DNA from: Polyangiaceae bacterium
Lineage (GTDB): Bacteria; Myxococcota_A; Polyangia; Polyangiales; Polyangiaceae
Assembly: GCA_044376115.1 (NCBI GenBank)
Contig: JBILLK010000020.1
Span: forward strand, 138,777 to 202,776
DNA: 64,000 nucleotides
Direction of reading: 5' to 3'
The notes under the pieces are model-generated. The model saw only the letters and a program-made list of their open reading frames with translations. It ran no database searches and had not been told where the DNA came from. This document shows positions 36,037 through 44,866 of this stretch, piece by piece; within the stretch, counting starts at the first letter, position 1; every line of letters starts with the position of its first letter. Both the position numbers and the translations under genes were made by a program.

Positions 36037-37293
36037 CTACGGAGTAGGACCCGACGCCGACAGTCGGGCCGTGACCCGCGGATCATCCTTGCGGAATATC
36101 ACAGTAAAAATAACGAACACGGTCCAAAGCACCAAGAAGTGCAAGAGCATGGCCCGCCCGCTCAACTCTGCGAAGAGCGCCCCAGCAATTGGCGGCCCGA
36201 CCAACATGCCCAAGGCGTACGCTGCATTGTAGAGCCCACCCGCCCGTGAAAGGTCCGCCGCAGGAATCACCGTTCCTTGAAGTGCGAGCGAGACTGGCGA
36301 AACCGACGCCAAGGAGGCGCCTGCGATGAAGGCCGCCAAGAAGACGAGGCCCACCGCTTTCACAAACAGGAAGCCAACGATCGACATGACGCCGACACTG
36401 CCGAGCACCCGCATCAGGAACAGGTGACCGTGCTCATCGCCGAGTCGGGCAGCGGTGTTGGCGAACAAGAGCATACCCGCGGCAAAGAACGCCGGGGCCA
36501 CGATGGTCTGCATCTCGGTCAGGCCTTGCTCCTTGAGATACAGCGGTAAGAAGAGCACCAGGCTGGCCTGAAAGTAGCCGTAGGAAAAGGTGGCGAGGCA
36601 ACACATCTTGATGCGCCAAGCAATCGTACTCAGCGCAAGTTTGCTTTCGACAGCGGGGCCCTGATCCGCGGGTTCCTCTGTGATGCCGTCATTCGCGAGC
36701 TTGGCATCCAACTTGAGCAGCACGAACAGCGCAGTGACCGTCGAAAGCACGCCCGCTGCGACGAACGACGCAGACTTATTGGCGACTGCGACCACGACCG
36801 TCGAGACCAGTGGCCCAACCACATAGCCGAGGGCCAGTGCGATCGCGTAAAGGCTCATGTACCAGGCCTTCTCGCTTCTCGGCGCTCTCGCCAACAATAC
36901 GGTCTCGCTCGATACCCAGACACACACCGAGAAGGCACCGTCCAAGAAACGCAAACCGGCAAAACCGGCATAGCTACTCACGAACGGAAAGAGCGCTACA
37001 GCAGCGGCATAGCCAAGCAGCGAGCCGACCAGCACACGCTTCGTCCCGAGTTTGCGGATGAGGTAGCCCGAAGGGACGGCTAGCAGCACGATGCCGAGTG
37101 CGAAGTAGATCGCCAAGCGGCCGATCTCCTGCTTGCCGAAGTTGCGCTCCTCGAGAAAGACACTAACGAGCGAAATAGCGAGCCCGTAGGACGTGCCTAG
37201 ACCAAGGATGGTGACGTACACCGCACGAATCGCGGGGTCTTTGACGCTGGCCAGCCGACTAAGGAAGCCGGCCGAGTGAACGGCCGCAGTCAT
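36037..37293 (-). CDS. MFS transporter
   Basis: About 12 TMs; motif-A-like SGYLIRKLGTKR and ARLGDEHG. Confidence 0.92.
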   Translation of the reverse strand: MTAAVHSAGFLSRLASVKDPAIRAVYVTILGLGTSYGLAISLVSVFLEERNFGKQEIGRLAIYFALGIVLLAVPSGYLIRKLGTKRVLVGSLLGYAAAVALFPFVSSYAGFAGLRFLDGAFSVCVWVSSETVLLARAPRSEKAWYMSLYAIALALGYVVGPLVSTVVVAVANKSASFVAAGVLSTVTALFVLLKLDAKLANDGITEEPADQGPAVESKLALSTIAWRIKMCCLATFSYGYFQASLVLFLPLYLKEQGLTEMQTIVAPAFFAAGMLLFANTAARLGDEHGHLFLMRVLGSVGVMSIVGFLFVKAVGLVFLAAFIAGASLASVSPVSLALQGTVIPAADLSRAGGLYNAAYALGMLVGPPIAGALFAELSGRAMLLHFLVLWTVFVIFTVIFRKDDPRVTARLSASGPTP

Positions 37294-37634
37294 TGGCTCT
37301 CAACGGCGGGCGACGTCTCTCGAACGATCCATTCGAGGTAGGTTGCATTGCCGGCATCCGGCTCCACAGGCAGCACCAACACCTCCGGAACCGAATAGGG
37401 GTGCAAGCTCTTCACGAGCTCGGTCAAGCTCGCAACAAGGCTGGTGCGAGTCTTGATCAACATCGTCACTTCTTGATCTTCGGTGAGCTTCCCTTCCCAG
37501 ACGTAAAAGCTCTTTACGCCTGGGAGCAAGTTCACGCACGCCGCCAATCGGCGTTCGACCAGCGTCCGAGCGATGCGGTCGGCGTCGCCCGGAGGAGCAT
37601 TCACAATCACCAGCGAGAGGGCAATTTTCTCCAT
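37290..37634 (-). CDS. cutA: Divalent-cation tolerance protein CutA
   Basis: LVERRLAACVN, SFYVWEG and LHPYSVPE motifs; ATG 37634. Confidence 0.93.
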   Translation of the reverse strand: MEKIALSLVIVNAPPGDADRIARTLVERRLAACVNLLPGVKSFYVWEGKLTEDQEVTMLIKTRTSLVASLTELVKSLHPYSVPEVLVLPVEPDAGNATYLEWIVRETSPAVESQ

Positions 37635-37650
37635 GCGGTCGGCAGCGCCG

Positions 37651-38103
37651 TCACCAAGCAGCGGCCTTCTGCGCCGAGCGCACGAGCTCGACAGCGCGAC
37701 GCCCCACGTACTCCTCGACATCGGCAGCCGCGATGTGACGATCGCGCGCAAAGTCGAACTCGCGAGGTTTTCCCTCGAGATAGCTGACCTTGACGATCGC
37801 GGTCGATCGATCGAGCTCCACAGCAAGCGTTAGACTGCCCAGCGTCAGTCGAACGAGCTTTGTCCTCGATCCTCCGCCTTCGTCAGCGGCGGCCTCGACC
37901 TGTTCTTCGTGAAGCGCAGCCGCCTGTCCCTTCTCGCAGATGCGTTCACACGCGAAACGCAGGGCATCGGAGGCTAGCGTGACAGCCCCCTCCGCACTCG
38001 ATAGCGCCTCGAGCACCCGTTGACGCTGCTTCGCAGCCTCCTCGGCTTCCCGTTCGCTTTTTGTTTTTACAGCTTCTATGAGCTCATCTCGCCAATTCGG
38101 CAC
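37651..38103 (-). CDS. Hypothetical protein
   Basis: Fills the gap in a co-directional operon; SD-like AGAGG; protein-like composition. Confidence 0.7.
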   Translation of the reverse strand: MPNWRDELIEAVKTKSEREAEEAAKQRQRVLEALSSAEGAVTLASDALRFACERICEKGQAAALHEEQVEAAADEGGGSRTKLVRLTLGSLTLAVELDRSTAIVKVSYLEGKPREFDFARDRHIAAADVEEYVGRRAVELVRSAQKAAAW

Positions 38104-38115
38104 GGGTACCTCTTT

Positions 38116-40713
38116 TCAGTCAGCGCTCTTCATTTTCGCCTTCTGCTCAGTCTGCAGAGAGGACAGATCCTCACCGGCGGGATCCTTCGGATTCATGAGT
38201 TCGAAGAAGGCTTTCCGCGCCAGCTCACCGGTCAGACCTTGTTCGGTCTTCAGCGCCATCAACGTCCCCTGCTCCTTCATGAACTTGAGGGTCCGGATCG
38301 CGTGGACCTTCGTCTTGTCGTCCCCTTCGCGGGCTGCCTTCAGCAGCCGGTGTCGGAGCACGATGCGAGTTTCGGAGTGGGGACCGTTGTCGAACTTCAG
38401 GTTGTCGAACTGAGCCTGCAACCGCTCGATGCCCCACGCTTGCGGTGCGCCGAAGATCTTTACGCGGGCGATCGCCTCAGCGTTCTCAACCCATCGGTAG
38501 ATGTTGCCGACGCGAAAGTCTTCATCGCTCCAAAAGCCGAAAGCGCGGAAGTAGGCGTCCTTCAGATCGACGAGCGCCTCCTTGTTGAGGTCGCCGTAGC
38601 TGGCCACGGCTCGGCTCGCCGTGGACGTATCACCGCCGAGAATGAGAGCAAGGGCGGCGGCGTTGCGGGTCTCAGCCACCTTCAGCTTCTCGAACAGCTT
38701 GTCGCGATTGGCGTCGGTGAGCGGAGTTGCACCGATGGCTTGAGCGAACACGTTGCGCAGCTGCGGATCCATCTCGGGGGTGATCAGTTCAACGAGCTCA
38801 CCAGCCACTTCGGGCACCGGCCGAAGCGACAGCGTCGTCGCGTAGCAAGCACCAATCAGCTGCTTACGCGGGTTCGTCTTCTCGCTGCCAAACTTGACTG
38901 CGCGCTTCGCAATCTCCTTCATGTCCTCAGGCGTTGCACACCACGCCAAACCTTCACAGGCCGCGAGGCGCGCCTCTTCATGCCACTTCTCGTCCTCGAT
39001 AAGCTCCATCATCGGCTTGACGGCTCGCTTGTCGCCCCATTCGCCGAGGCCTTGAGATGCGCCGACCGCAACCGCGCGAAGAGACATACCAAGCATTGAA
39101 AGCCCGGCGCCCATCATGCCCTCGAGCGTGATGTCCATCTTCTTGTCCTTCTTACGCTCGAACTGCTTGAGCAGCTTGTCGTAGGAGGGCTCGTCTTTCA
39201 TGCGACCGAGGTAGCGCAACGCGCTCTGCGCCACGGTGAACGCTGCGGGGAACTCACCGCTCGCGCCTTCTTTCGGCAGCGGATCGGTGGGGAACGCCCA
39301 CTCTCGCATCTTGGGCAAGGCCTCCGAGCTGTTGATGTTCGCGAGGAAACGCAGCCCGTTAGCGTGAGGTTGCGGCTTATCGGTGATGTACTTGAGCACG
39401 GCTGCTTCAGCGACGAGCAGCTCCTCGCGCTTCTCAGGCCGAATGACCGCGAGGTCAGCGAGCATACGCATCGCCCATACGCGATGGTCCTCGGTGCGCG
39501 ATAGGTGCCCACCAGGGCCCGCCTGCCAAAACTTCTCCTTGATGTAGAACTTGGTCGGATCGATGTCCATGCGCTCAGCAAGGAACTTTGCTCCGCGAAC
39601 GTCTCCCACCTCAGCGAGCCGCATTCCGGCCTCGCTCCGCCAATGGGGCGAAGGATTCGTCTCCTCTACCCACTTGATCAGCGCATCGCCCGCTCGCGGG
39701 TCCCCAAGCTGCTCGAGCAACTTGAAGATCTGATCCGTCTGGAACCAATTGCGCTCCTCCGGCTCTTTGGCCACCGAGCGCAGCGCGAGCACGAGACCCT
39801 CGCCACCGATGCCATCACGCAGTGCCTCAATGAACTTTTGGCGCTTGTTGGGCTCGGCTTCAGCGAGCTTCTTGAGCAATGGTTCTCGGGCTTTTTCGTC
39901 TGCAATTTTGCCAAGCCCGTTGGCCGCCTGGCCGGCTACTTCGATCTCCGAGTCGTTGACCAACGTGATGAGTACGTCGGTGAACTTCGGCTCTGCGTTC
40001 TTGGCGATCACGGTTGCCACGAGCTGTCGCACGGCCTGACTCTTGTCTCCCGCGAGCTTGGTCAAGTCATCCAGCGAGACGAGCCCGGCCATCAGCTCAG
40101 GATCGAAGGCGGCTCCACCGCCGAGGCGTTGCACCTTGGACAGCTTCCCGTCGCGGTAGAGAGCCATCGCCTCTTCGAACACGCTCGACTCTTTCAGCGT
40201 GACCAGCGCCCAAACGAGCTGCGGCTTGTCGCTCTCGTCAGCCTCTTTCAGCGCGGCAAGCAACGCAGGCTTGGCCTCATCCGCCTTGGGCGATCCGAAG
40301 CTTGCCAGTACCTGTGCGGCAACCCCGTTGATCCGGTGGTTCTTTCGAGCAAGAGCGTTGGTCGACAGTTTGATGGCCTGATCATCCTTGAGTAGGCCAA
40401 GCTGGATCAAAGACTCCTGCACCAGGGTCTCGTCCTCGTGCTCCGCCCAGCTTCTCCACTTCGGCAGCTGGTCCGCCTCCGGGAGCACGAACGTGTCCTG
40501 CATTTGCCGGGCGATCTGCTCGGGCAAAAGGCGCTGTTGGTCCTTCTTGATGCCGAAGTAGATCGCGGCCCCCCCACCAACCACCGCAACCAGAGCCAGC
40601 GCGATTACGATTGGGTTGAACCGTCCGCGCTTGAAGTTGCCGTCTTCTGCGACCTGGGCCTGCGGGGAAGGGGCCATCTGAAGCTGATTGTCATCCGGGG
40701 GAAACTTGGCCAT
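38116..40713 (-). CDS. Single-pass membrane protein with large HEAT-repeat domain
   Basis: TM IVIALALVAVVGGGAAIYF followed by HEAT-like repeats; high-GC3 codon usage; ATG 40713. Confidence 0.85.
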   Translation of the reverse strand: MAKFPPDDNQLQMAPSPQAQVAEDGNFKRGRFNPIVIALALVAVVGGGAAIYFGIKKDQQRLLPEQIARQMQDTFVLPEADQLPKWRSWAEHEDETLVQESLIQLGLLKDDQAIKLSTNALARKNHRINGVAAQVLASFGSPKADEAKPALLAALKEADESDKPQLVWALVTLKESSVFEEAMALYRDGKLSKVQRLGGGAAFDPELMAGLVSLDDLTKLAGDKSQAVRQLVATVIAKNAEPKFTDVLITLVNDSEIEVAGQAANGLGKIADEKAREPLLKKLAEAEPNKRQKFIEALRDGIGGEGLVLALRSVAKEPEERNWFQTDQIFKLLEQLGDPRAGDALIKWVEETNPSPHWRSEAGMRLAEVGDVRGAKFLAERMDIDPTKFYIKEKFWQAGPGGHLSRTEDHRVWAMRMLADLAVIRPEKREELLVAEAAVLKYITDKPQPHANGLRFLANINSSEALPKMREWAFPTDPLPKEGASGEFPAAFTVAQSALRYLGRMKDEPSYDKLLKQFERKKDKKMDITLEGMMGAGLSMLGMSLRAVAVGASQGLGEWGDKRAVKPMMELIEDEKWHEEARLAACEGLAWCATPEDMKEIAKRAVKFGSEKTNPRKQLIGACYATTLSLRPVPEVAGELVELITPEMDPQLRNVFAQAIGATPLTDANRDKLFEKLKVAETRNAAALALILGGDTSTASRAVASYGDLNKEALVDLKDAYFRAFGFWSDEDFRVGNIYRWVENAEAIARVKIFGAPQAWGIERLQAQFDNLKFDNGPHSETRIVLRHRLLKAAREGDDKTKVHAIRTLKFMKEQGTLMALKTEQGLTGELARKAFFELMNPKDPAGEDLSSLQTEQKAKMKSAD

Positions 40714-40814
40714 GGCGCGAGCGACGCTACATGAGGGGCCACCGAGCCGCAAACCCCAGAACCACGCTTTTGCACTCTTGTTGCTGCATTGGGCGGATGG
40801 TTTAGGCTTGCTTC

Positions 40815-41420
40815 ATGTCCAAGTCTGGTGCTCCGGCCAAAGCCGTAGGTTCTTCGGGCGGAGCGAACTTCGTTGCCATCGCCGTGGTGCTCGCCGCGGC
40901 CTGCATTCTCGGTCTCACGGTTCTACCCCGGTTGAGTTTTTCCAGCTCGAGCGATCCGTCAAAGCGGGAGACCGCCCCGCCCTTCGCGCTGCCGGTCATC
41001 CACGATAGCGGAGTCGAGACCGCGGTGAGCGCACCGGGCCGCGCGCCAGCTGCCCAGCTCTCCCTGGCCGACCTCAAAGGGCAACCAGTCATTCTCGATT
41101 TTTGGGCGACATGGTGTGGCCCTTGCCAAATGCAGACCCCCATCCTCGACCGGGTGGCCCGCCGATATCAGGACAAAGGTCTGAAAGTGATCGGCGTCAA
41201 TGTCTTCGACGACGACCACTCCGCTGCGCGCAACTACGCCAAGGCGAAGAACCTCTCCTACCCAATCGTGGTGGACGACAAAGGCATGGTCCAACGGGAT
41301 TATGCAGTAAACAACCTCCCCAGCCTGATTCTCGTGGACCGTGAGGGGCGCATTGCGCGCATATCGCGCGGGCTCGTCGACGAAGCCACGCTCGACAAGA
41401 TGGTTCACGACATTCTTTGA
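40815..41420 (+). CDS. TlpA/ResA-family thiol:disulfide oxidoreductase
   Basis: N-terminal TM; DFWATWCGPC; LPSLILVDREG. Confidence 0.93.
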   Translation: MSKSGAPAKAVGSSGGANFVAIAVVLAAACILGLTVLPRLSFSSSSDPSKRETAPPFALPVIHDSGVETAVSAPGRAPAAQLSLADLKGQPVILDFWATWCGPCQMQTPILDRVARRYQDKGLKVIGVNVFDDDHSAARNYAKAKNLSYPIVVDDKGMVQRDYAVNNLPSLILVDREGRIARISRGLVDEATLDKMVHDIL

Positions 41421-41423
41421 CCG

Positions 41424-42182
41424 TCAGGCGCGTGGCAGCTCGCTTGCCCACGCAACCGCTTCACGCAGACGCGGGCCCGCGTCCGCCGGCAACTCGTGAA
41501 AGACCTTTCCCAGCGGCACGAAGCGCGCCTCAATACCGTTTAGGGCGAGCTTGTCCCGAGCCCGCTTCATGGCCTTGAACGAGGAATCGTATTCACCTGC
41601 GGCTAACACGACTCGCCTTATGCCTGCGGCTTTCAAGGCTGGGACATCGAGCGTAATGCTGGCCCCGATCAACACCAGAGCGGAGTAGCGCCCAGGTCGC
41701 GCGAGCGCGACGTCCCGTGCAACGAAAGCACCACGCGAGAAGCCGACCAAAAGGTTGTCGCCATTGGACGACGATTCGGCGGTCCGTGTGGGGAGGAGTT
41801 GTTCGATATGGGCGGCCTTGTCTTCACCGTCGCCACGCCAATCAAAGCCACCTCCGACGCACTCGAAGTTGCCCGAGGCACATTGAAGCTCAACGCCTTG
41901 GGGCAGTGCCGCCGCTAAACGCTCACAGGTGTTTTGAGGGTCGCAGCAAGCGCCGTGCATTACCAAGGCGTGCGGAGTCGGGACTGGGACAGGGACATGC
42001 ACGCTCGGAGCTTCCCTACCTACCGAAGGGCCCCGAGCAACCTCGTGCAGCCGGCTCACTTGGAGCATCGGGCTCAGAGCCACTGTCTGGCCCTCGTTCG
42101 CCCTAGCGTGACCCGCTTCGGAAAACAGGACGAACGTAACCACAAACGCAACCGCGGTCGCGCTGAGAGCCAGCCGAATCAT
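41424..42182 (-). CDS. Exported alpha/beta hydrolase
   Basis: Signal peptide; MHG, GFSRG nucleophile elbow, GEYD and FHE; GGAGGA SD before ATG 42182. Confidence 0.8.
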   Translation of the reverse strand: MIRLALSATAVAFVVTFVLFSEAGHARANEGQTVALSPMLQVSRLHEVARGPSVGREAPSVHVPVPVPTPHALVMHGACCDPQNTCERLAAALPQGVELQCASGNFECVGGGFDWRGDGEDKAAHIEQLLPTRTAESSSNGDNLLVGFSRGAFVARDVALARPGRYSALVLIGASITLDVPALKAAGIRRVVLAAGEYDSSFKAMKRARDKLALNGIEARFVPLGKVFHELPADAGPRLREAVAWASELPRA

Positions 42183-42490
42183 GGAGTTCCTCCGTGCGGA
42201 AGTGCGGCAGCCGCGGACGGATCCGTCCGCTCTCTGCCGCGCCGGGCCGAGCGTTCGAGGCGACCACGCACCTCGAGCCGTGAGCATCAAAGCCCCGCGT
42301 ACAGGCCGACGTTCGACCGCTCCGCGCTGCTTCAATCGGTCATCGCACCGGGCCCGTGGAGTGTGACGAGCCCCTCGCGAAAAGTCGCGAGGGACGATCT
42401 AAAGTGGGATTTGGCCGTTCTTGGAGCGCAGTTTCGTTTCCCTCGCTTCACAGCTCCACCAACGGTGGAAAGAACTGCTAGGAAGCTCGC

Positions 42491-43579
42491 ATGAACTCAG
42501 ACGTTCGGATCCTCATCCTGGCAGGCGGTGCAGGTACTCGCTTTTGGCCCGCTTCCCGAGCAGCGATTCCCAAACAGCTGCTGGCGCTTTCGGGTCAGGA
42601 ACCGATGATTCGGGCAACCATGCTGCGAGTGCTGCCGCTCGTCGAGCGACCTGAGAACATCTTCATCGCCACCGGCAAAGCAACCGAGCAAGCCACACGC
42701 GAGCTCGTGCCTGAAGTGCCGGCGGAGAACTTCCTGGTCGAACCTGTCGCGCGCAACACCGCGCCATGTATCGCATGGGCCGCCGAGTTGATCGGTCGCA
42801 AGAACCCAGAGGACGTGGTGGTGGTGCTCCCAAGCGATCACCACGTCTCCGACGAGGAGGAATTTCGCAGACTGCTGGGGGTGGCTGTTGCCGCTGCGCG
42901 CGAGGGTCGCATCGTCACCATCGGGATCAAGCCCACTCGGCCCGATACTGGGTTTGGCTATATTCAGCTCGAACAGTCAGCGCGGTTTTCATCGGGAGCA
43001 CCCGTTGAGCCGCAAGATGTGGTTCGCTTTGTCGAGAAGCCCAATCGGGGATTGGCAGAAGAGTTCCTGCTCGGAGGCAAACATCTTTGGAACGCCGGGA
43101 TGTTCATCTTCAAAGCAGGCGTGATGATGGCTGCGGTGCGAAAGCACCTGCCGGACGCCGGCCCGCTGCTCGAGCGAATCACCCAAGCACCGCCCGCCGC
43201 CGCAGCAGCCGAACTCGAGCAGGCCTTTCCCTTGATGCCAGCCGTCAGCATCGATGTCGGCGTGATGGAGAGGGAACAAGGACTGCTGGTCGTGCCGGGC
43301 GATTTTGGCTGGAGCGACGTGGGCAGTTGGCAAGCGGCGTGGGAATTGGCGGACAAAACAGAGGAAGGCAACACACGGCTAGACGGGCTCGTCGCCATCG
43401 ACTCCCGGGATAACCACGTAGTCCTGCGAGGGGGTAAGAGAGTCGTAGCGCTCTTGGGAGTCGAGGGGCTCGCCGTGGTGGAGACAGCCGATGCACTGCT
43501 CATCATGCCGCTCGAGAAGGCGCAGGACGTGCGCTCGATCGTCGAGGCGCTAAAGAAGTCGAACCCGGAGCTCCTATAG
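42491..43579 (+). CDS. manC: Mannose-1-phosphate guanylyltransferase
   Basis: LAGGAGTRFWPASR...PKQ, EPVARNTAP, FVEKP, WNAGMF and WSDVGSW motifs. Confidence 0.95.
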   Translation: MNSDVRILILAGGAGTRFWPASRAAIPKQLLALSGQEPMIRATMLRVLPLVERPENIFIATGKATEQATRELVPEVPAENFLVEPVARNTAPCIAWAAELIGRKNPEDVVVVLPSDHHVSDEEEFRRLLGVAVAAAREGRIVTIGIKPTRPDTGFGYIQLEQSARFSSGAPVEPQDVVRFVEKPNRGLAEEFLLGGKHLWNAGMFIFKAGVMMAAVRKHLPDAGPLLERITQAPPAAAAAELEQAFPLMPAVSIDVGVMEREQGLLVVPGDFGWSDVGSWQAAWELADKTEEGNTRLDGLVAIDSRDNHVVLRGGKRVVALLGVEGLAVVETADALLIMPLEKAQDVRSIVEALKKSNPELL

Positions 43580-43600
43580 TCCGCTGGCCACGATAACCAA

Positions 43601-44866
43601 CTAGCGGGGATGCCCCTGCTCCACCCAACTCTCGACCAACTGAATCTCCTCAGCCGAGAGCGGTGGCAACCCAAGCGGCATCCCGCGGACCTCTCCAGCC
43701 GCACCACGTGCCTCCTCGTGTCGAGCGAGCAGCGCTTGAACCAACAGGGGCCTTCCGCTCGCCGTGGTTGTAAAGACACTTTTCCGCTCGCCGTTTCGGT
43801 CTAGCAAGCCCGAAGAAATGGACTCATAGCTAGAGAGGTCCAGCTTGCGTGGCGCAAACCCAAAACCACCCGTGTTGCCTGGACCTCCGTCTCCACGTGC
43901 GTAGTCGGGCTGGGAATGACAATGCCAACACGTCTTGTGCAGCACACGCGCCGCCACCTCCTCATAGCCTACAGGACGCTCAAGCAACGGCAGCCGCTTT
44001 AGCGGTGGTTGCGTAGGTTCTGGGAGTAGCGGTACCTCCAAGATGAAGCGTGCGAGATGATTAGCCTCTTGCTCGGACAATTGCGGATTAGGCATCGCCG
44101 CGCCGGGCTTCACCTTGTCGGGACGGAGCAAGTAGGCCACTAAATTTTCTCGCATCACCCGCGCTCGCGCGTGACGGAGGTCGGGAGCCAAGGCCAGCTC
44201 CCGCGCAACTTCGGAGGTCCCGCCGGTAGGCCCCGCTACCCCGGCGCCGGTAAACTGGTGGCAGCTGTTGCAGGCCTTCTGCTGAAACAAGCTTCGACCC
44301 GCCTCTGCATCCCCGTGCGGTGGATGTGCATCGACTGGGCTGATTTCAGATGCATTCCTACTCGCGAGGTAATCAACGATGGCGACAGCCTCCGGTTTGC
44401 TGATCGCCAGTCGAGGCATCGACGCCACGAGGTGCGGGCGAAGGTCAGTCGGGTGCGTCAGATATTCAGCTGCCCACTCGCGTGAGACCAAGGTCCCCAA
44501 GCCTTGAAGCGAGGGCGCGAAGCGCAGGGGGCTGACGTGCGGTCGCCAACTTAGGAGGGCATCGCGGGGAGCTGAGAAGGTTCCGTCAACGATCTCAGCG
44601 TGGCAGCGAACGCAGTGCTTTGGCGTAGGCAACGCGGGTTGGTACGTCCCTTCATGGCAACGGTTGCATTCATACTTTTCAAGCAGCGCAGGGCCCGAGA
44701 GCACCTCGACTGGAGCCGATGCCTCTGCTGACGCGGTATGCGTAGGCGCAACGGAAGCGCTGCCGTTCGCCTCGAACACGCTCTCGCGCGCGGGGTTACA
44801 AGCGAGCAGAGCGGCGCTAAGGGCGCCCAAAACCCATTGTAAGAGCCGCGGCGCGTTACCTCTCAC
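43601..44866 (-). CDS. Tetraheme c-type cytochrome lipoprotein
   Basis: LLAC lipobox; CNRCH, CVRCH, CNSCH and CWHCH; GTG 44866 overlaps the upstream stop (GTGA). Confidence 0.87.
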   Translation of the reverse strand: MRGNAPRLLQWVLGALSAALLACNPARESVFEANGSASVAPTHTASAEASAPVEVLSGPALLEKYECNRCHEGTYQPALPTPKHCVRCHAEIVDGTFSAPRDALLSWRPHVSPLRFAPSLQGLGTLVSREWAAEYLTHPTDLRPHLVASMPRLAISKPEAVAIVDYLASRNASEISPVDAHPPHGDAEAGRSLFQQKACNSCHQFTGAGVAGPTGGTSEVARELALAPDLRHARARVMRENLVAYLLRPDKVKPGAAMPNPQLSEQEANHLARFILEVPLLPEPTQPPLKRLPLLERPVGYEEVAARVLHKTCWHCHSQPDYARGDGGPGNTGGFGFAPRKLDLSSYESISSGLLDRNGERKSVFTTTASGRPLLVQALLARHEEARGAAGEVRGMPLGLPPLSAEEIQLVESWVEQGHPR

